This document shows positions 11,367-25,326 of a stretch of 64,000 nucleotides of DNA, in pieces; the stretch's first letter is position 1, and each line of letters begins with the position of its first letter. The notes below the pieces were generated by a model. It was not told the origin of the DNA and made no database searches. It saw only the letters and a program-made list of their open reading frames with translations. The translations under genes and the position numbers were made by a program. Location of the stretch: the NCBI RefSeq assembly GCF_009914755.1, contig NC_060936.1. One strand, 5' to 3'. Source of the stretch: the human T2T-CHM13v2.0 reference genome, Homo sapiens.

Positions 11367-12488
11367 CCCTGGGAAAGGGCCTGAGTATTAGTGTAGTTCC
11401 CATGGAGTTTCAGTGTTTGACCGGAAATGAGAACCGCTGGCTTAGACATATCAGGAAACCACTATTTTGGGGGGTTTTGTCACCTCCCCAAGACTCGGCT
11501 GGGGGAAGTGAGATGTCAATTCTAACTGATTTAGAACCCACACGTGTATCATGTATCTGGGGCTTCTTACCTCTCTGGATTAGCTCTGCAAGCAGGGCAC
11601 AGAATCCCTGTCTGTATGTCCTAGCCACGTCCCACCATTTTTCTTCTGACTCTTTTCCCTCTCCTCTGCTTGCAGAATCCTTTTCTTCACACTCCTGTGG
11701 GGAGTGTGGATGAGGAGAGAATCACTCTAGTTCATGATGTTTTTCTCCAAAATGTTTTACTGTAAACTTTAAGAGCTTCCTCTCTGTTCTCCCAAGGACC
11801 TAGGATTTTGAAATCCAAAAGCCAGGCAGGAACCCTGCCCCTCCACTCTCTTTACTTCCTGTTGTCGCATCAAAAACTCAAATGTGCAGGAAAATTAGTT
11901 ATTTTTTTTAAAAAACCTATATTTCAGTTAAATTTTTAATGTGTGCCCCCATTCTCCTAAAGTGGGAGAAAGTTCATCTCAGGTGGTCAATTCAGGAATC
12001 CCCTCATACTTTATGCTGAGTTGTATATGGGTGTTTTTTCTGGTGGGGTCAGAGAGAGCTAAGTAACACCAGGGCATCTCATGGGTGGAGAGGATGGCAA
12101 ACCTGAAGGAGCTGCCTGGGAGGAGAATGAGCAGTGATTCCTCAGGGAGCTGCACGAACGCTGACGTGTAGCAGGTTGGAACATGAGTGCATCAGTGAAT
12201 CTCTACAAGGCCGGTGAAATTGAGTGCTGTATTTTTTCACTCTTCTCCCCGGTATCTTGGAAGTTATTAGAGTCCAGAACTTAGATGCAACCCTCCGAAA
12301 ATAGGTGTGTGAGGAGTCACTTAGTTGATATACATTAAGTTTCTGTGACTCTTGGCATACTCTCAAGCTTGAATGAGAAATTTAGTTAAGTAAGAAAAAA
12401 GTGAAGAAAGTTACGTTACCTGGGAATATGGCCTGAGGTTGCTCCTGCTGTACCCCTCTTTAATAGTCTTTACCACATTCACTTTTTT

Positions 12489-12629
12489 CTTTCTTTCTTT
12501 CTTTATTTTATTACACTTTAAGTTCTAGGGCACACACGCACAATGAGCAGGTTTGTTACATATGTATACATGTGCCATGTTGGTGTGCTGTACCCATTAA
12601 CTCATCATTTACATTAGGTATATCTCCTA
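12489..12629 (-). mobile_element. very short 5'-truncated L1PA 3' end
   Basis: ttattacactttaagttctagggc...acattaggtatatctcc; perfect 15-bp TSD cacattcactttttt at 12474-12488 and 12630-12644. Confidence 0.93.
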
Positions 12630-12654
12630 CACATTCACTTTTTTAAAAAGTTCA

Positions 12655-13925
12655 AGGATTTATTTTGAAATAGTTTCAAACATAGAAAAGTTAAAAGCAC
12701 ATTATAGAGGCCTGCTATGTACTCCCTTGCTGAGATTCCTGTTACCATTTTCATGTATTTGCTCTGTCATCCCCTTTTCTAAATTTTTCTCCACGACTGT
12801 TAGTCTTTTTCAGAACTATTTGAAAACAAGTTGCAGTCATGATGCCTCACTACTCCTAAATGCTATGGTATGTGATTTCCCTAAAAGAGGACACTCTTTT
12901 ATCTGACCCCTAGGAAACCTTCAAAATCAGGAAATTATTGGTACAATACTATTGTCTAACCTACAGACCCCATTTACATCTCTCCAGCAGTTCCAACAAT
13001 GTGTCTTTGCCTTCTGGCCCCAGAATATCATCTGGGAATGCGTGTTGCATCAAGTTGCGTCTCTCCAGTTGCCTCCAATTTGGAATACAGGTATTTCCCC
13101 TTCCCCTGTCTTTCATGCCGTTTATAGTTTTAAATAACCGAGGATCTATGTTCTGTATATAGGATGACACTTGGGCTGGGCCTGTCCAGTGTTTCCTGAT
13201 GACTAGTCCCAGGGTAGGCCGTCTTGGTAGGAATACCATAGAAACGATGCTGTGTTTCTCTCAGTGTGTCCCATTCTGGGTACACCTGGGTGATGTTAAC
13301 CTTTCACCTTGTCATGTTGGTGCCATTTCCTTCACTGTAAAGTCACTGTTTCTTCTTGTATATGAATACTAATCATAATATTGTATGTGGAAGATGTCCC
13401 AAGATTATGCCCATATCCTGTTGTTATCAAACATTCATCAACTACCTTTAAACCTCTATTGACAACTCCCACCTGCATTAACTATCATTATCATGGTTAA
13501 TAAATATACATTTTTTTCTCTTACCTGCTACATTTACTTGTTGGAATTCTAGCATACGAAGAACTTTCTCTTCCCATTGTTTCTTTTAAATTAATCAACA
13601 TGGCCTCATGGATTTCTATTTGATTCTTGGTTTTTAATCTGTTGCTATCATGATCAATTTTGATATTTGAATATGTCCAGATATGACCAACAGGAGATCC
13701 ATTCAAGTGACTCTTGTGTCTTTTTGACATCTCCTCATTATTCTTTGAGCACTTTCTTACTTTCTATTCTCCAAAGATATTTCTACCTTAACGTGTACTT
13801 TCCCTGCCCTGATCCTGGAATCAGGATGAACTCCTGGTTCGAAGCTCTGAGCTCTCGATGTATTCATTGTTAGTGGGACACGATTGCTTCTGAGTCCTCT
13901 CAGCATATAAAGCTAGGAAAAAAAA
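12655..13925 (-). mobile_element. old L1M (L1MC/L1ME-like) 3' UTR region
   Basis: tttattttgaaatagtttcaaacatagaaaagtt...; gaactatttgaaaacaagttgcag; tccctgccctgatcctggaatcag are motifs of L1MC-type 3' ends. Confidence 0.7.
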
Positions 13926-13926
13926 T

Positions 13927-13928
<2 letters not shown>

Positions 13929-13958
<30 letters not shown>
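13929..13958. repeat. (TG)15 microsatellite
   Basis: Direct read. Confidence 0.97.
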
Positions 13959-13962
<4 letters not shown>

Positions 13963-16900
13963 AAAACATAATTTGTATGTTTGTTTGAATAAATAGATAG
14001 ATCCAACTTCCAGAAACCTGGCTCTTGTTATGCTCAGTAATTCACCTTGTTGAGGTATAATTGATTTCCTAACCACTCCTTCCCTCTCCACCTCCATGAG
14101 TCCACTCCATGTGCCGTACCTTCTGAGATATCAGCAGGCACACTGCCTCTGATTGAGGCAAATGGATCCATCATCTGCTTGGGTCTCTCTCTTCTCCCAT
14201 TTCTCACCTCCTCAGGAGCCTGTGGACACCCTGCCACAAATCTTTCTGTGCTCCTTCTACCCTCAATACTACCATGCAATACCCTCCCCTGTGGTGGGGA
14301 AAGGAAGGAAAGAGAAAAGAAGGAAAAGTGGTAAGAAAAAGGCTCAAATTCATTTTAATTATTTCCCTCCAGTTGTTTTTTTTCCCTTTCCAAGCTTGAC
14401 GTTCTTGATATTGAGGACAGGAACTGGTATTATATCAATTTTATATTCACTGTCCTTTATAAACTGACTTGTATGGAGTAGGCCTCTGTAAATTGTTAAT
14501 GAATTAATGAATTGGTCTTTCCTCTGGATTTATACTCTTGGTTCACTTTGGACATTTGCATTAAAAGTGATATTCATTTGCAAGATCTTGCCAATGACTC
14601 TGTTTGCTTTTTAATGCTGAGTTGATGAGCGCAACTTGCTGTTCAGCTGCCTGGAGCTGCTGAGGAGATCATCATGGTGGAATGGAAGGATGAATGCATC
14701 ATTTGAATTGCAAGTTCCATTTAGTTTCTTTGATGAGAAGTATGTTCAGATCAGAGTCCTTCTGAGTCTCCTCTGATGAAGAATAAATGACTGTTTAGTA
14801 GATACCAAGTTTAGGGTAATCCCATTTTTGATTCACTGACTTTGTTTATTTCAGTGAAGGATTTGGGGTGTTTCTGCTAAGTTCTTAACTTAAAAAGCAA
14901 TAGTTTTCTGAAATTTAGCAATTTCTGCCATAGCCACAAATTATATACATTATTGCTTTGTACCTGTTAAACTGTATTGTATAATCAATTTGTTGAATGA
15001 TTGACTTTTTCCACTAAGCCATAGCTGTCTTACCTTTGCATAATATTTAGAGTAGTGCTTAACACCGAATAGATACCCAATACATATTTATTGAAATAAA
15101 TAATTGCTATTATGTGTTCTAGATTATTTGCTGATGTTCATCTCTCTCACTATGAGAACTTAGGTAATGTTAACTATAACTTAAGTCAATTGACTGATTA
15201 TCCAATTTGAATTATACCTTTAGTACCCATTCTCTACTTTGTTCTCATAAATTTTAGACATTTTTGTCCTCATTAGCTGATGAATGCACCTCTCTTTCTT
15301 ACCTCAAGTAGAGCAATGGATTGAGGAAAGACACTGTGGATAAGTGTCAAAGAAGGAGAAATCTGCTGGTATGGAAAGTGGAAGTGTGGAGAGAAGCTCC
15401 AGCACCTGTGGTAGAGTAGATGGTAACACATAAAATCTAGAATTCTTTTAAAATCTCTTAAAATTTTATTTGTGTAGCTTTAAGAAAGAGGAAAAAACCT
15501 ATGATTTTTACCTTTAAATTACAATAGATTGCAAAAACTCAAACCATAGGTAAGACGGCATATTTCACACACTTTCCACCCACTCCTATTCCTGGAAGAT
15601 ATTACTAATCAGTGAGGGCATTATTTCCTTCTGATTTTGGACTCTCCCTCCAAAGTTTTCTCAATTCATGTCCTAGATAACCAATCAGTCACAGTTGATT
15701 CTTGAACTGAAAGTTTTTGGCATGCCCACCATGAGGTTTTAGAGCAATGAACTCATTCTGTCCCAAAAGGTTCCCCTTTCTTCCCCACTAGATCTAGAAT
15801 GCGTATACTAAAAACCCTGTTCCTACCACAGGAACATCTCATTTTTCCTATATAGTTAAGACTGCATTAATGTCAACTTTCTGATGTCTGAAAATTCCAG
15901 GTTTAGAAAGTCCTAGATTGCACAGCTTTCGGTGTAAAAATTATTATTCTTTTAAAAAATCTTTTCTCATTCTTTTCCTTAATACCATCTGTGAAAACTC
16001 TACCATCCTGATTCAACATAAGGCTTTTCATATTTAATCATTCCAGATGTTGAGCTATGATAGGTCTTGACTAACGGTATTCATAGTAAGTCTTATTTTT
16101 AAGTGTGTACTCTGACCATTGAGTTGATTATGCAGGTATAAATAAAAACATGTTTAAGCATACTATGTGGTTTTGCTTTTTGCCTTTCTTTCTCTAGTAT
16201 CTGGGATCAATCAAACCAGCATGCAGCTGGATAGAGGTAAAATACATTATGCATAAAGCCTCATCTTTTGCAATATTATGTAGAAATGACTCTTTCATAT
16301 TTGTCATCCTGATCTAAGAGAAAGTCAATATCTCAGATGTGATATCACTGACTCTTGGACCATAATAAAAGCAGGTAATGTCATAAAGGATTTGCCATTT
16401 ACGTCAGGTTAACTGACCATTAGTTAAAATCAATCGGTTAAGTTGTATTACATATTTGCTCAATTGAGCTTTTAGAAGTTTTCCTATAGTAATGGTTATT
16501 CTTTCCAACTGGAGACTAGTTGTAATCAATAGCCAGAACACTGTTCTGCATAAGGGTGATGGAGTAAATGTAATGCTCTTCATCTGCTTTAATCAAGGTT
16601 CATGATGCTACAGAGGAGACAGTTCCTCACAAGAACATCTGGCAGCCAGAGTGGTAATATAGGTCAGCTTCAGATGTGAATGTTTGGAATTACTTAGTTG
16701 GAACAACACAGTGTGTCAGCATTAGCCCACATGTAATCAGAACTGTTCCTGTTATGGGCAGGGAAACTGAATGACTGAGAACCACATGTTAACCTCTCTT
16801 TATGGCAAGGATCCCAGAAATACCAATGGGAACTGCACATGTTGACTGGAAGAGAAGATGTGACCTATCTACTGTCTTTGAGTTCCCAAGCTTCACTTGG

Positions 16901-17539
16901 TAGGTCTGGCACCCTTTAAAGTAAAATTTGAGTACTGATGGGAAGTTTTTCTTTAAACTAATATGATGCTGACATTTAATCAGTTCTTGCTTTCATTGAA
17001 AACAAACTCTCAGATACGGACCTAAATCACCCTTTTATCAAAACTAACTTGCCATAGTAAAATATTTTAGTGATACTTGCTTTGATAGGTATTCATTTGG
17101 GAGGGAGGTGAAGAAGAAAATACTTGTTTAGGATGTCATGGGAACCCTCTAAACAGCTGGATATTTACTTGCTATTGTTTTCCAGTTGCAATGGAGCTCA
17201 TCCATAAATCCCAGTCCTGACATACTCTTAATCCTGCATAGATCCAAGGAAATGAAAAAAAAAGGCCATGAGGTAGAATAATAGAATAGGAAAATGGAAT
17301 AATTAGGTTATGGGTTTAAACTTTTAAACAGTCAATATGTGATGAGATTAATAAGGAAAAACGTTGAGGCTTTTGAAGATATAAAAAGCTTAGGGAGTTC
17401 TTCCGTTTCAATCTCTGTCTGAAACCAGATTCGTTTCTCTGCTTGTTCACTGTTTAGTTGGAGGTTTTTTTGTTTTGTTTCGTTTTGTTTTTTATTTAGA
17501 TTTTACCTTATCCTTACCTACAAAATTTCCTTTGTTGCT

Positions 17540-17969
17540 CAGTCAGCTAGTATTTCTTTTGGCCATTCATAATAGAGGTCTGACTGTAGTTACTTACTAC
17601 ATGGAATTTATTTTTCACACATCAACTTTGTACTGAAGTTGGTGGCATGGTTGGTTCATCTCAAGGTATCATGTTCGTATTTCAGGTAGAAAGAAGATAG
17701 TAAGATTGACTAGAAAGGAGCATGTTAACTCTGTACCTATCCTTTTCATCAAGAAAACAACAAATCTTATAGAGACTCTTCCCAGTAGACTTCCCTTCAC
17801 ATCGTGTTGGGCAGAACTATGGTCACATGGCTTTGGTTTCAAATAAATCTCTGTGGGAGATGAGCATTTTTAATTTGGCATATTTCTACCCCAAGAAAAA
17901 TTGTAATTCTGTAGGTAGTGATGAAAGGGCAAGTAGGTATTGCATAGGCAACTAGCAGCATCTGCCACA
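17540..17969 (-). mobile_element. MLT1 (MLT1I/J-like) ERVL-MaLR LTR
   Basis: cagtagacttcccttcacatc...ggcagaactatggtcacatggc...ggcaactagcagcatctgccaca terminus. Confidence 0.7.
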
Positions 17970-18049
17970 GTTAACTTAAGTCAGCTTCAGAATGTTCTTG
18001 TTTCTTTTTCCATTAGGAAAATGGCACATATAATTCCAGATTACAATGA

Positions 18050-18650
18050 TCTCTTAGTCCAACCAAATCATTCTTCATGCTTCCACAAGTTCTCTTTTTA
18101 AATCACAGATCTGAGTCACTCCCAGTTTCTTCGGGAAGCAGTCTGGGTTCCTGTAACACACATGCTCTGACTCTGCTTCCCTTTTGAGCCGTTTGTTTCC
18201 TCCTGGCACATGCTGTATGTACCAGGCCTTCTGAACCACACGTAGTACTGAAAATCCCAAATATTCTTTCATAATTCCATGTATTTTCATGTGCTACTTC
18301 ATTTGCTTACATTGGTTGTCCCTCATGAGTCTGTGAGTCTATTGTGAAATGAATACTATGTTTTTTGGGGTTTTTTGTTTTTGTTTTTTTTTTTGCATGG
18401 CTCTGCATTGTCATTGCCCTCAACATTGGGGCCCAGTTGGCTATTGCTACTCTTGCTACCATACAGTGCTTTGGCCATGGATCCATTGCTTTCTCTCACT
18501 CTTTTGAAGTTGTCTGTCTGTCATCCCCATGATACTGTGAGTTTCAAAAGGGGTCAGGTTTTATTTACCCATGTCTTATTCACATGATTAATTCAGTACC
18601 TGGCATAAGATAAGCCCTTGATAAATATTGCTTGGATGCATGAATGAATC
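18050..18650 (+). mobile_element. L2 LINE 3' fragments
   Basis: actgtgagtttcaaaaggggtcagg...cagtacctggcataagataagcccttgataaatattgcttggatgcatgaatgaat (L2 tail). Confidence 0.6.
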
Positions 18651-20889
18651 AACTAATTAGTATTGCACATTGTTACATTAAGGATCTCTGCTTCCATTAA
18701 AAACCTCACAGTACTGTTTGGTAAGATCAGAGTAAATTGACATGAATACTCTTGATAAATATGTTAATTTCCATGTAGTTGTTATGATATATTTAGCATA
18801 AATAACTGTTGTTCTATAGGGAAAACATCTTGTGTAAATAGCATGTAATACAAGGCCGGTTCATTAATGTGTTCTACAGTACATGTTTAAAGATGTTAGA
18901 TATAATATTTAAAACCTACAATGGTCATACAAAACATGGAGAAAGCCATCCAAAGCCTATGTCACTAATGTCTGCAGAAATCCGTGGTGCCACATATCAC
19001 TAGGCTCAAGAACTGCATAAATATTTTCTTGCAGGCATTCTGAAGTGAAGTAGCAATGGTTGGATAGAAATTTCACCATTCACTTCTCCAATTTCAAGAA
19101 AGTCAAATGTTTATTAATTTTTCATTAGGTAGTTGTTTATATACATTTTTAGGTATTTAGATTTTTTTTGTTTTTATGTAATTTTTTTGATATCGGGTTT
19201 TAAGGAGCTATATTCAGAATTAATAAAGTCTTCCAAGTCAGTTATTACTTTGAAATATTTTTGCTTTCCTTATTTGGTTTCCTTATTTTTCTTTTGTTTT
19301 AATGTTCATTTTTAAAGTTTCCTTTAAACTATTTATCTCTGCATGCCATTGTTTGTGTTAGTTTAGTTCAAGGAGTTGTTTCTGTGTTTTCTTTTAGGGA
19401 AGTATCTATTCTGCATAAATTCAGATGAGACAATAAAAACAATGATTTCAAAGTTCCAGGTTTTACAAAAGGAGCCTGTGTTTGTGAAAACCTTCAGAGG
19501 ATGGAAACAGCAAATACTGTTGTAGGGGAAGACAATTGTTTACCTAAGAAAGTGTCCTGTATTCAGATTCTCCAGTTTCTAGTGACACTGGATGCCTATG
19601 GATCACAGGGACTGTGAGATATGTCCTTAGGAGTAAAGTTTTGTTGTGACGTGTTATATTCAGTGTTCAAGTATCCGTGGGTTGAACGATACTTCTCTTT
19701 CTGTCTGTGAGCATAAACTTGACTTCAGAAGAGAGCATGGGGTAAAGACAAGCCTCTCTCCTTTCCCATACTTGAGTAGTAGCATATGAAGTCTGGAAAG
19801 ACATAACTAGGTAAAATATTTTATATTACTGTAGTAGGGCTTTACCCCATTTCAGAGCCTTCCTTTATCTTTCTTGTTTTTAATTCTGTAATTCACGTCA
19901 CACTAGTCTGAATTGGTTTTCCTTCTCCAAAACTCCCTGGCCTATATCATAAATTTAACCCTTTATATGAATTGCTTTACATTGTTTTCCAGTTGTTTCA
20001 TATCTTGTCTTGATGCTATCGATTGTCAAAGACAGAACAAGGCTGGTTTCACAGTGGGCCTCTTTTCTCAAAAATATCCATTCATGGGAATGAGAGAGAA
20101 GTTACATAATAGTTTTAATGAATAACATTTTTGTAGTGATCACCTTCAAAATTTCAAAATGCTTCTGTTTTTCAAAAAATAAAGATTGATTTTGAAATTA
20201 AGCTTTATTATTTATCATATTTTACAGAGATACATAGATTGGAGATATTTGCCTTTGATTATTCAGCTAGTGGTAGAAATGCAAGACATGTCAATTTTCT
20301 TGACTTTCTAAGCTAAACCAAACTAACATGAACATAGAGAGTTGTGTGAGTTGTCTTGAGCAGGTCTCAGGCTAACTCTGGTGCCAACTCATTGCCAAGA
20401 TTAGTAAACATAGACACCCCTGCTGTGGTTGCTGTCAAACATGGTAAAATGAATGCTCCTGGTCAAAGCTTGGGGGTAGCTTGGTGACATTCCATTTGCA
20501 AACAGATTGCTGGTGTTTGGCTTGATAAATACACACATACACTCTCTTAAGAAGAAAAGTAAACTATGGCCAATTCTGTGTCATAATATAATCCTCAAGT
20601 CAACAAATTACAAGGGAAATTTGGAAAGCATTTTTTTGGGCTATCTTTCCATTATACGCCGTAAGAATGTTTTACCTTAATCAGTGGCTTTCTGAAAAGT
20701 TCTATGATTGAGGTTTTTTACAAACCATATGGTTTTAGTATACGTCTAAAAATCTTCTTTGCTATTTCCCAGATATTGAGACAAATTTGACCTTTTTTCA
20801 ATTCGTGAAAGTGCCAGTAATTAGCAATGTTATTCAAATGCATTGCCAACAATTAGCTTGACACACATAATAATTTAAAACTAATTAAA

Positions 20890-21305
20890 TGCTATGTTGG
20901 TGTCCCCCCAAAATTCAGATGTTGACACTTAATACCCAATATGATAGTACGAACAATTTGGGCCTTTAGGAGATGATGTAGGCTACTCCATTATGAAGGG
21001 GATTTGTGCCCTTATAAAAAAGATGAAAGGGAGCCTGTTTGCCCCTTAAACCACTTGCAGACACGTAGAAGTTGTCATTTATAAAGTATTAAGTTGTTGC
21101 AAAAGTAATTGTGATTATTGCCATTACTTTCAATGTCAAAACCCACAATTACTTTTCCACCAACCTAATAGAAAGCTCTCACAGGCACTGAATATGTTGG
21201 CACATTGGACCTCCCAGTCTCCAGAACTGTGAGCAATAAATCTCTGTTGTTTGTAAGTTACCCAGGATAAGGTGTTTTGTTATGCAGCCGAAACAGACTA
21301 AGACA
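20890..21305 (+). mobile_element. MLT1A-type MaLR LTR interrupted by MADE1
   Basis: tgctatg...ccccccaaaattcagatgttga...ccagaactgtgagcaataaatctctgttgtt...gactaagaca. Confidence 0.85.
21089..21168. mobile_element. MADE1 (Hsmar1-derived MITE), full 80 bp
   Basis: ttaagttgttgcaaaagtaattgtg...cacaattacttttccaccaacctaa palindrome flanked by TA on both sides. Confidence 0.92.
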
Positions 21306-21764
21306 CTGGACTAAGAATTCAAGCTAGAGAAAACAAATGAAAATGCTCAAAAATCATGCACTTGATGTTAGGAAATTATCCAACTATTAAGTAGAAGGTT
21401 TTCTACTTTGAGTAATCTTAAAGACAATGAAAAGTGTACAGTTACAATGCTTTCTAATATACACAACATAACCTTTTTGTTACTTCAGGTCTTTACGGCT
21501 TATATTTGTTGCATTTGTTTTGATCTTAGAAAAATGGAGAGAGGTAGATCAAGTACTCATATCTCTATGTACAGATGACAATAAGTGATTTCTCAGGAGC
21601 AAACAAAGGGAGTTATTGTGATTGTCTGATGGTTTGTTTACTCTGAGACTTACTCTGTTTCAACTTTCCACCTTTTCTTTATTTTCCGTCCCAGACAGAA
21701 AGATTCTTCTTCTAGATAGACTGTTACTTCTACTCCATTTTTCATACTTTTCTCTTTACATCTT

Positions 21765-21860
21765 ACTCTTTTCATCTGCCAAATGTAGATAATAATAGCA
21801 CTTACCTCATAAGACTAACAGAGGAGGTTGTAAAATAAAATATATGAAGCACTGTGCATC
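21765..21860 (+). mobile_element. MIR fragment
   Basis: cttttcatctgccaaatgtagataataatagcacttacctcataag (MIR core). Confidence 0.6.
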
Positions 21861-22037
21861 TGCATACTTTGATTTATTCTCACATTTGCTTCAGACTCGT
21901 GCACACGCAAGCATGCATAAGACACGCAAAGTACGCACAAATACTTGCTCATACCCCAGCCCAATTAGCTGTGGTGACACACTTGCTGGGTAAAGGCAAG
22001 CCTCAGTTTACTCACAAGAAGTGCAAAGTATTGCCTA

Positions 22038-22290
22038 CAGCAGCAGTTTTCAAAATTTTTGCCTTTTTCTGTACAGTTTGAAAAATTATTGAGCTTCTCC
22101 AAAGAGCGCTTGCTTCTGTGGGTTATAGCTACTGGTATTAGATATTAAACATTAGAAATTAAAACTTTAAAAATTTTCGAATATGTATTTAGATTTATTT
22201 AAAAATAACATGAATTACATGTTAACACAGGCAACTATTTTTTAAAGACTGTATTTTCTGAAACAAAAAAATTTAATGAGAAAATCTAGC
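22038..22290. mobile_element. Charlie1-type hAT transposon terminal fragment
   Basis: cagcagttttcaaaattttt...aaaaattattgag...ccaaagagc...gtgggttata...attagaaattaaaac matches the recalled Charlie1 end. Confidence 0.7.
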
Positions 22291-22574
22291 TTTTTGAAGT
22301 CTGTTCTTTCTTTATACACGAGGAGACGGTGAATTCTTACCTTGGCCTGTGACACATTGAAACATACAAAGATAGATTGGCACATATCGCACACCTATGC
22401 AAATAAAGCAGGTTGAATTTGTAAATGGTATTACATGATTTATTTACTCTATTAATAAAGCACAAGGAAGCTTTGCTTACACATACTTTCCTTTAAAACC
22501 TTTAACTGAATTTTAGATTATAGTGGTGATTATCAAGATTAAATTACTGAGGAATGACAATATAAGAAAAAGTG

Positions 22575-22882
22575 GGCCAGGCGTGGTGGCTCAGGCCTGT
22601 AATCCCAGCACTTTGGGAGGCTGAGGCGGGCCTTGACCTCTTCACGAGGTCAAGAGATCGAGACCATCCTGGCTAACACGGTGAAACCCCATCTCTACTA
22701 AAAATACAAAAAACTAGCTGAGCGAGGTGGCGGGCACCTGTGGTCCCAGCTTCTCAGGAGGCTGAGGCAGCAGAATGGCTTGAACCTGGGAGGTGGAGCT
22801 TACAGTGAGCCGAGATCGCCCCACTGCACCCCAGCCTGGGTGACAGAGTGAGACTCCGTCTCAAAAAAAAAAAAAAAAAAAA
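22575..22882 (+). mobile_element. AluY/AluSc8-like Alu, full length
   Basis: gagatcgagaccatcctggctaacacggtgaaacccc and ggagcttacagtgagccgagatcg; A-tail; TSD aagaaaaa(a)gtg. Confidence 0.95.
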
Positions 22883-22893
22883 AAGAAAAAAGT

Positions 22894-23217
<324 letters not shown>

Positions 23218-23334
23218 TCAATAAATTAATAACACTGGAGATGTGAAATATATATAGAAATGGAACACATTTTACTGTATTAAGTTATATTTTAAAGAAA
23301 ATGCAGTACCTATTGGTCTCCTCATGACATCATA

Positions 23335-23585
23335 ACAATTACCTATATTTACTTACTATGTGACAGATGCTGTTTGAAGTACTTTCCATTTTTAAGCTAT
23401 TTTGATCTTCACAATAGCCCAATGAAGTAGGTACTATTATTACTGGTTCTATAACCTTCAATAATTTCTTTAATCTCCCTGTGGATAATAAGAGCTGCAT
23501 ACTTTGCAAGAAAATAAATGTGAAGAATCTAACAGATGTTCTAGCACCAAATAGATGCTTAACAAATGGTAATTATTGTTATTCT
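23335..23585. mobile_element. two MIR fragments in opposite orientation
   Basis: atttacttactatgtgacagatgctg...aatgaagtaggtactattatt (minus) then tagcaccaaatagatgcttaacaaatggtaattattg (plus). Confidence 0.55.
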
Positions 23586-23676
23586 CTATTCCTTCCCAAC
23601 TTTCAGTATAGAGCTGTCCAAGCATTAAGTACTCATGAAAGCAGTGCTTCTATAAACTCACATTGAAAGGGAATAG

Positions 23677-24050
<374 letters not shown>

Positions 24051-25028
24051 TTGTTTAGCTTTTTCTTCATTTCTTGTAGATCTTGTATCACCAGCATTGT
24101 GCTTATTTTCCCAACTCTTAGTATAAACATATCTTGACCTTCATATTGCACAATCACAAGTACTAAACAAAACAAAACAAAAACCAACAAAAAACCTTTG
24201 CATTTATTTCATCTATAGAAAGCAACTTTCCCTTTGAGAATGTAATTGCTAACATTTGTAATAATTCTTGAAAGTTTCCACAAAGCTGCTTGTATTTAAA
24301 ATATTTTTGAAAACCATATGTGTGTGTTTGTTAAGTATGTGATGTATTTTTCCTTATCAAAAGCTGTTGATTGATATTTACATAAATATTTCATGTGAAA
24401 AGATCAGTCATTTTTCTGTGCTGCAGACATGCCTGGAAAAGGTCATTTTGCTTCTATTTGAGCATGCTAACTATTTGCAGAAAGATGGCAAAAATCTATT
24501 TGACTTCTGTGGATTTAGGTGCATCTTGGTGGGGCATACCACATTCCTCTATAGGCCCTAATTTAGACTGAGTTTGTTGTCAATAACACCAATTTGCCAA
24601 ATAGTTAGTTGGGTATTTGAGCTTTCTGGATGACCAAAAATTGCGTACATCCCTATTGTCCAGGCAGAAATTACACGTTAGCAGTACCAAAGTAAGGAAA
24701 TAAATCAAATACAGTAAGGGATTAGGTTTGATTTTAAGAGGATATTTGATATTTTTCAGGATTTAGACCTCAGAACCACATTTACTAATTGTCTAAGTTC
24801 TCCTTCTGTTTTTCTGAGAAGGTTCTTGGTACAGTGCTGTGTGGAGCCATACTGGAATCAGAGGCAAAAGCAAAATGTGTGCCCTGGTGTACACCTATTA
24901 ATATATTACCTTAGTTTGAACCAAGTAGAAGTTAATAAAAGTTCTACTATCAAAAGACATGACTATAAAGCTCCATGTTGCCCAGTATTTTCTGCACAAA
25001 ATAATGCAGGGCTTGAAAAAACAACCTC

Positions 25029-25326
25029 TTTTTTTTTTTTTTTTTTGGAGACAGGATCTCACTCTGTCGCCCAGGCTGGAGTGCAATGGTGTGATCTTGG
25101 CTCACTGCAGCCTCCCCTTCCTGGGTTCAAGCTATTCTTCTACCTCAGCTTCCTGAGTAGCTGAGACTACAGGCGCATACCATGCCCAGCTAATTTATTT
25201 ATTTTTTGTAGAGATGGGGTTTCGCCATGTTGCCCAGGCTGGTCTCGAACTCCTAGGCTCAAGTGATCTGCCCTCCTTGGCCTCCGAAAATGCTGGGATT
25301 ACAGATGTTAGCCACGGCACCTGGCC
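25029..25326 (-). mobile_element. AluJ (Jb-like)
   Basis: gttgcccaggctggtctcgaactcctaggctcaagtgatc; poly-T tail. Confidence 0.93.

Noticed and set aside
15589-15597. STAT site ttcctggaa (also 28458), scattered TGAGTCA sites and ttacgtaa at 35483
   Set aside because: Counts are near chance expectation and there is no supporting cluster.
16534-16548. cagaaca-c-tgttctg palindrome resembling a steroid response element
   Set aside because: Half-site spacing is 1 nt, not the 3 nt needed for a GRE/ARE.
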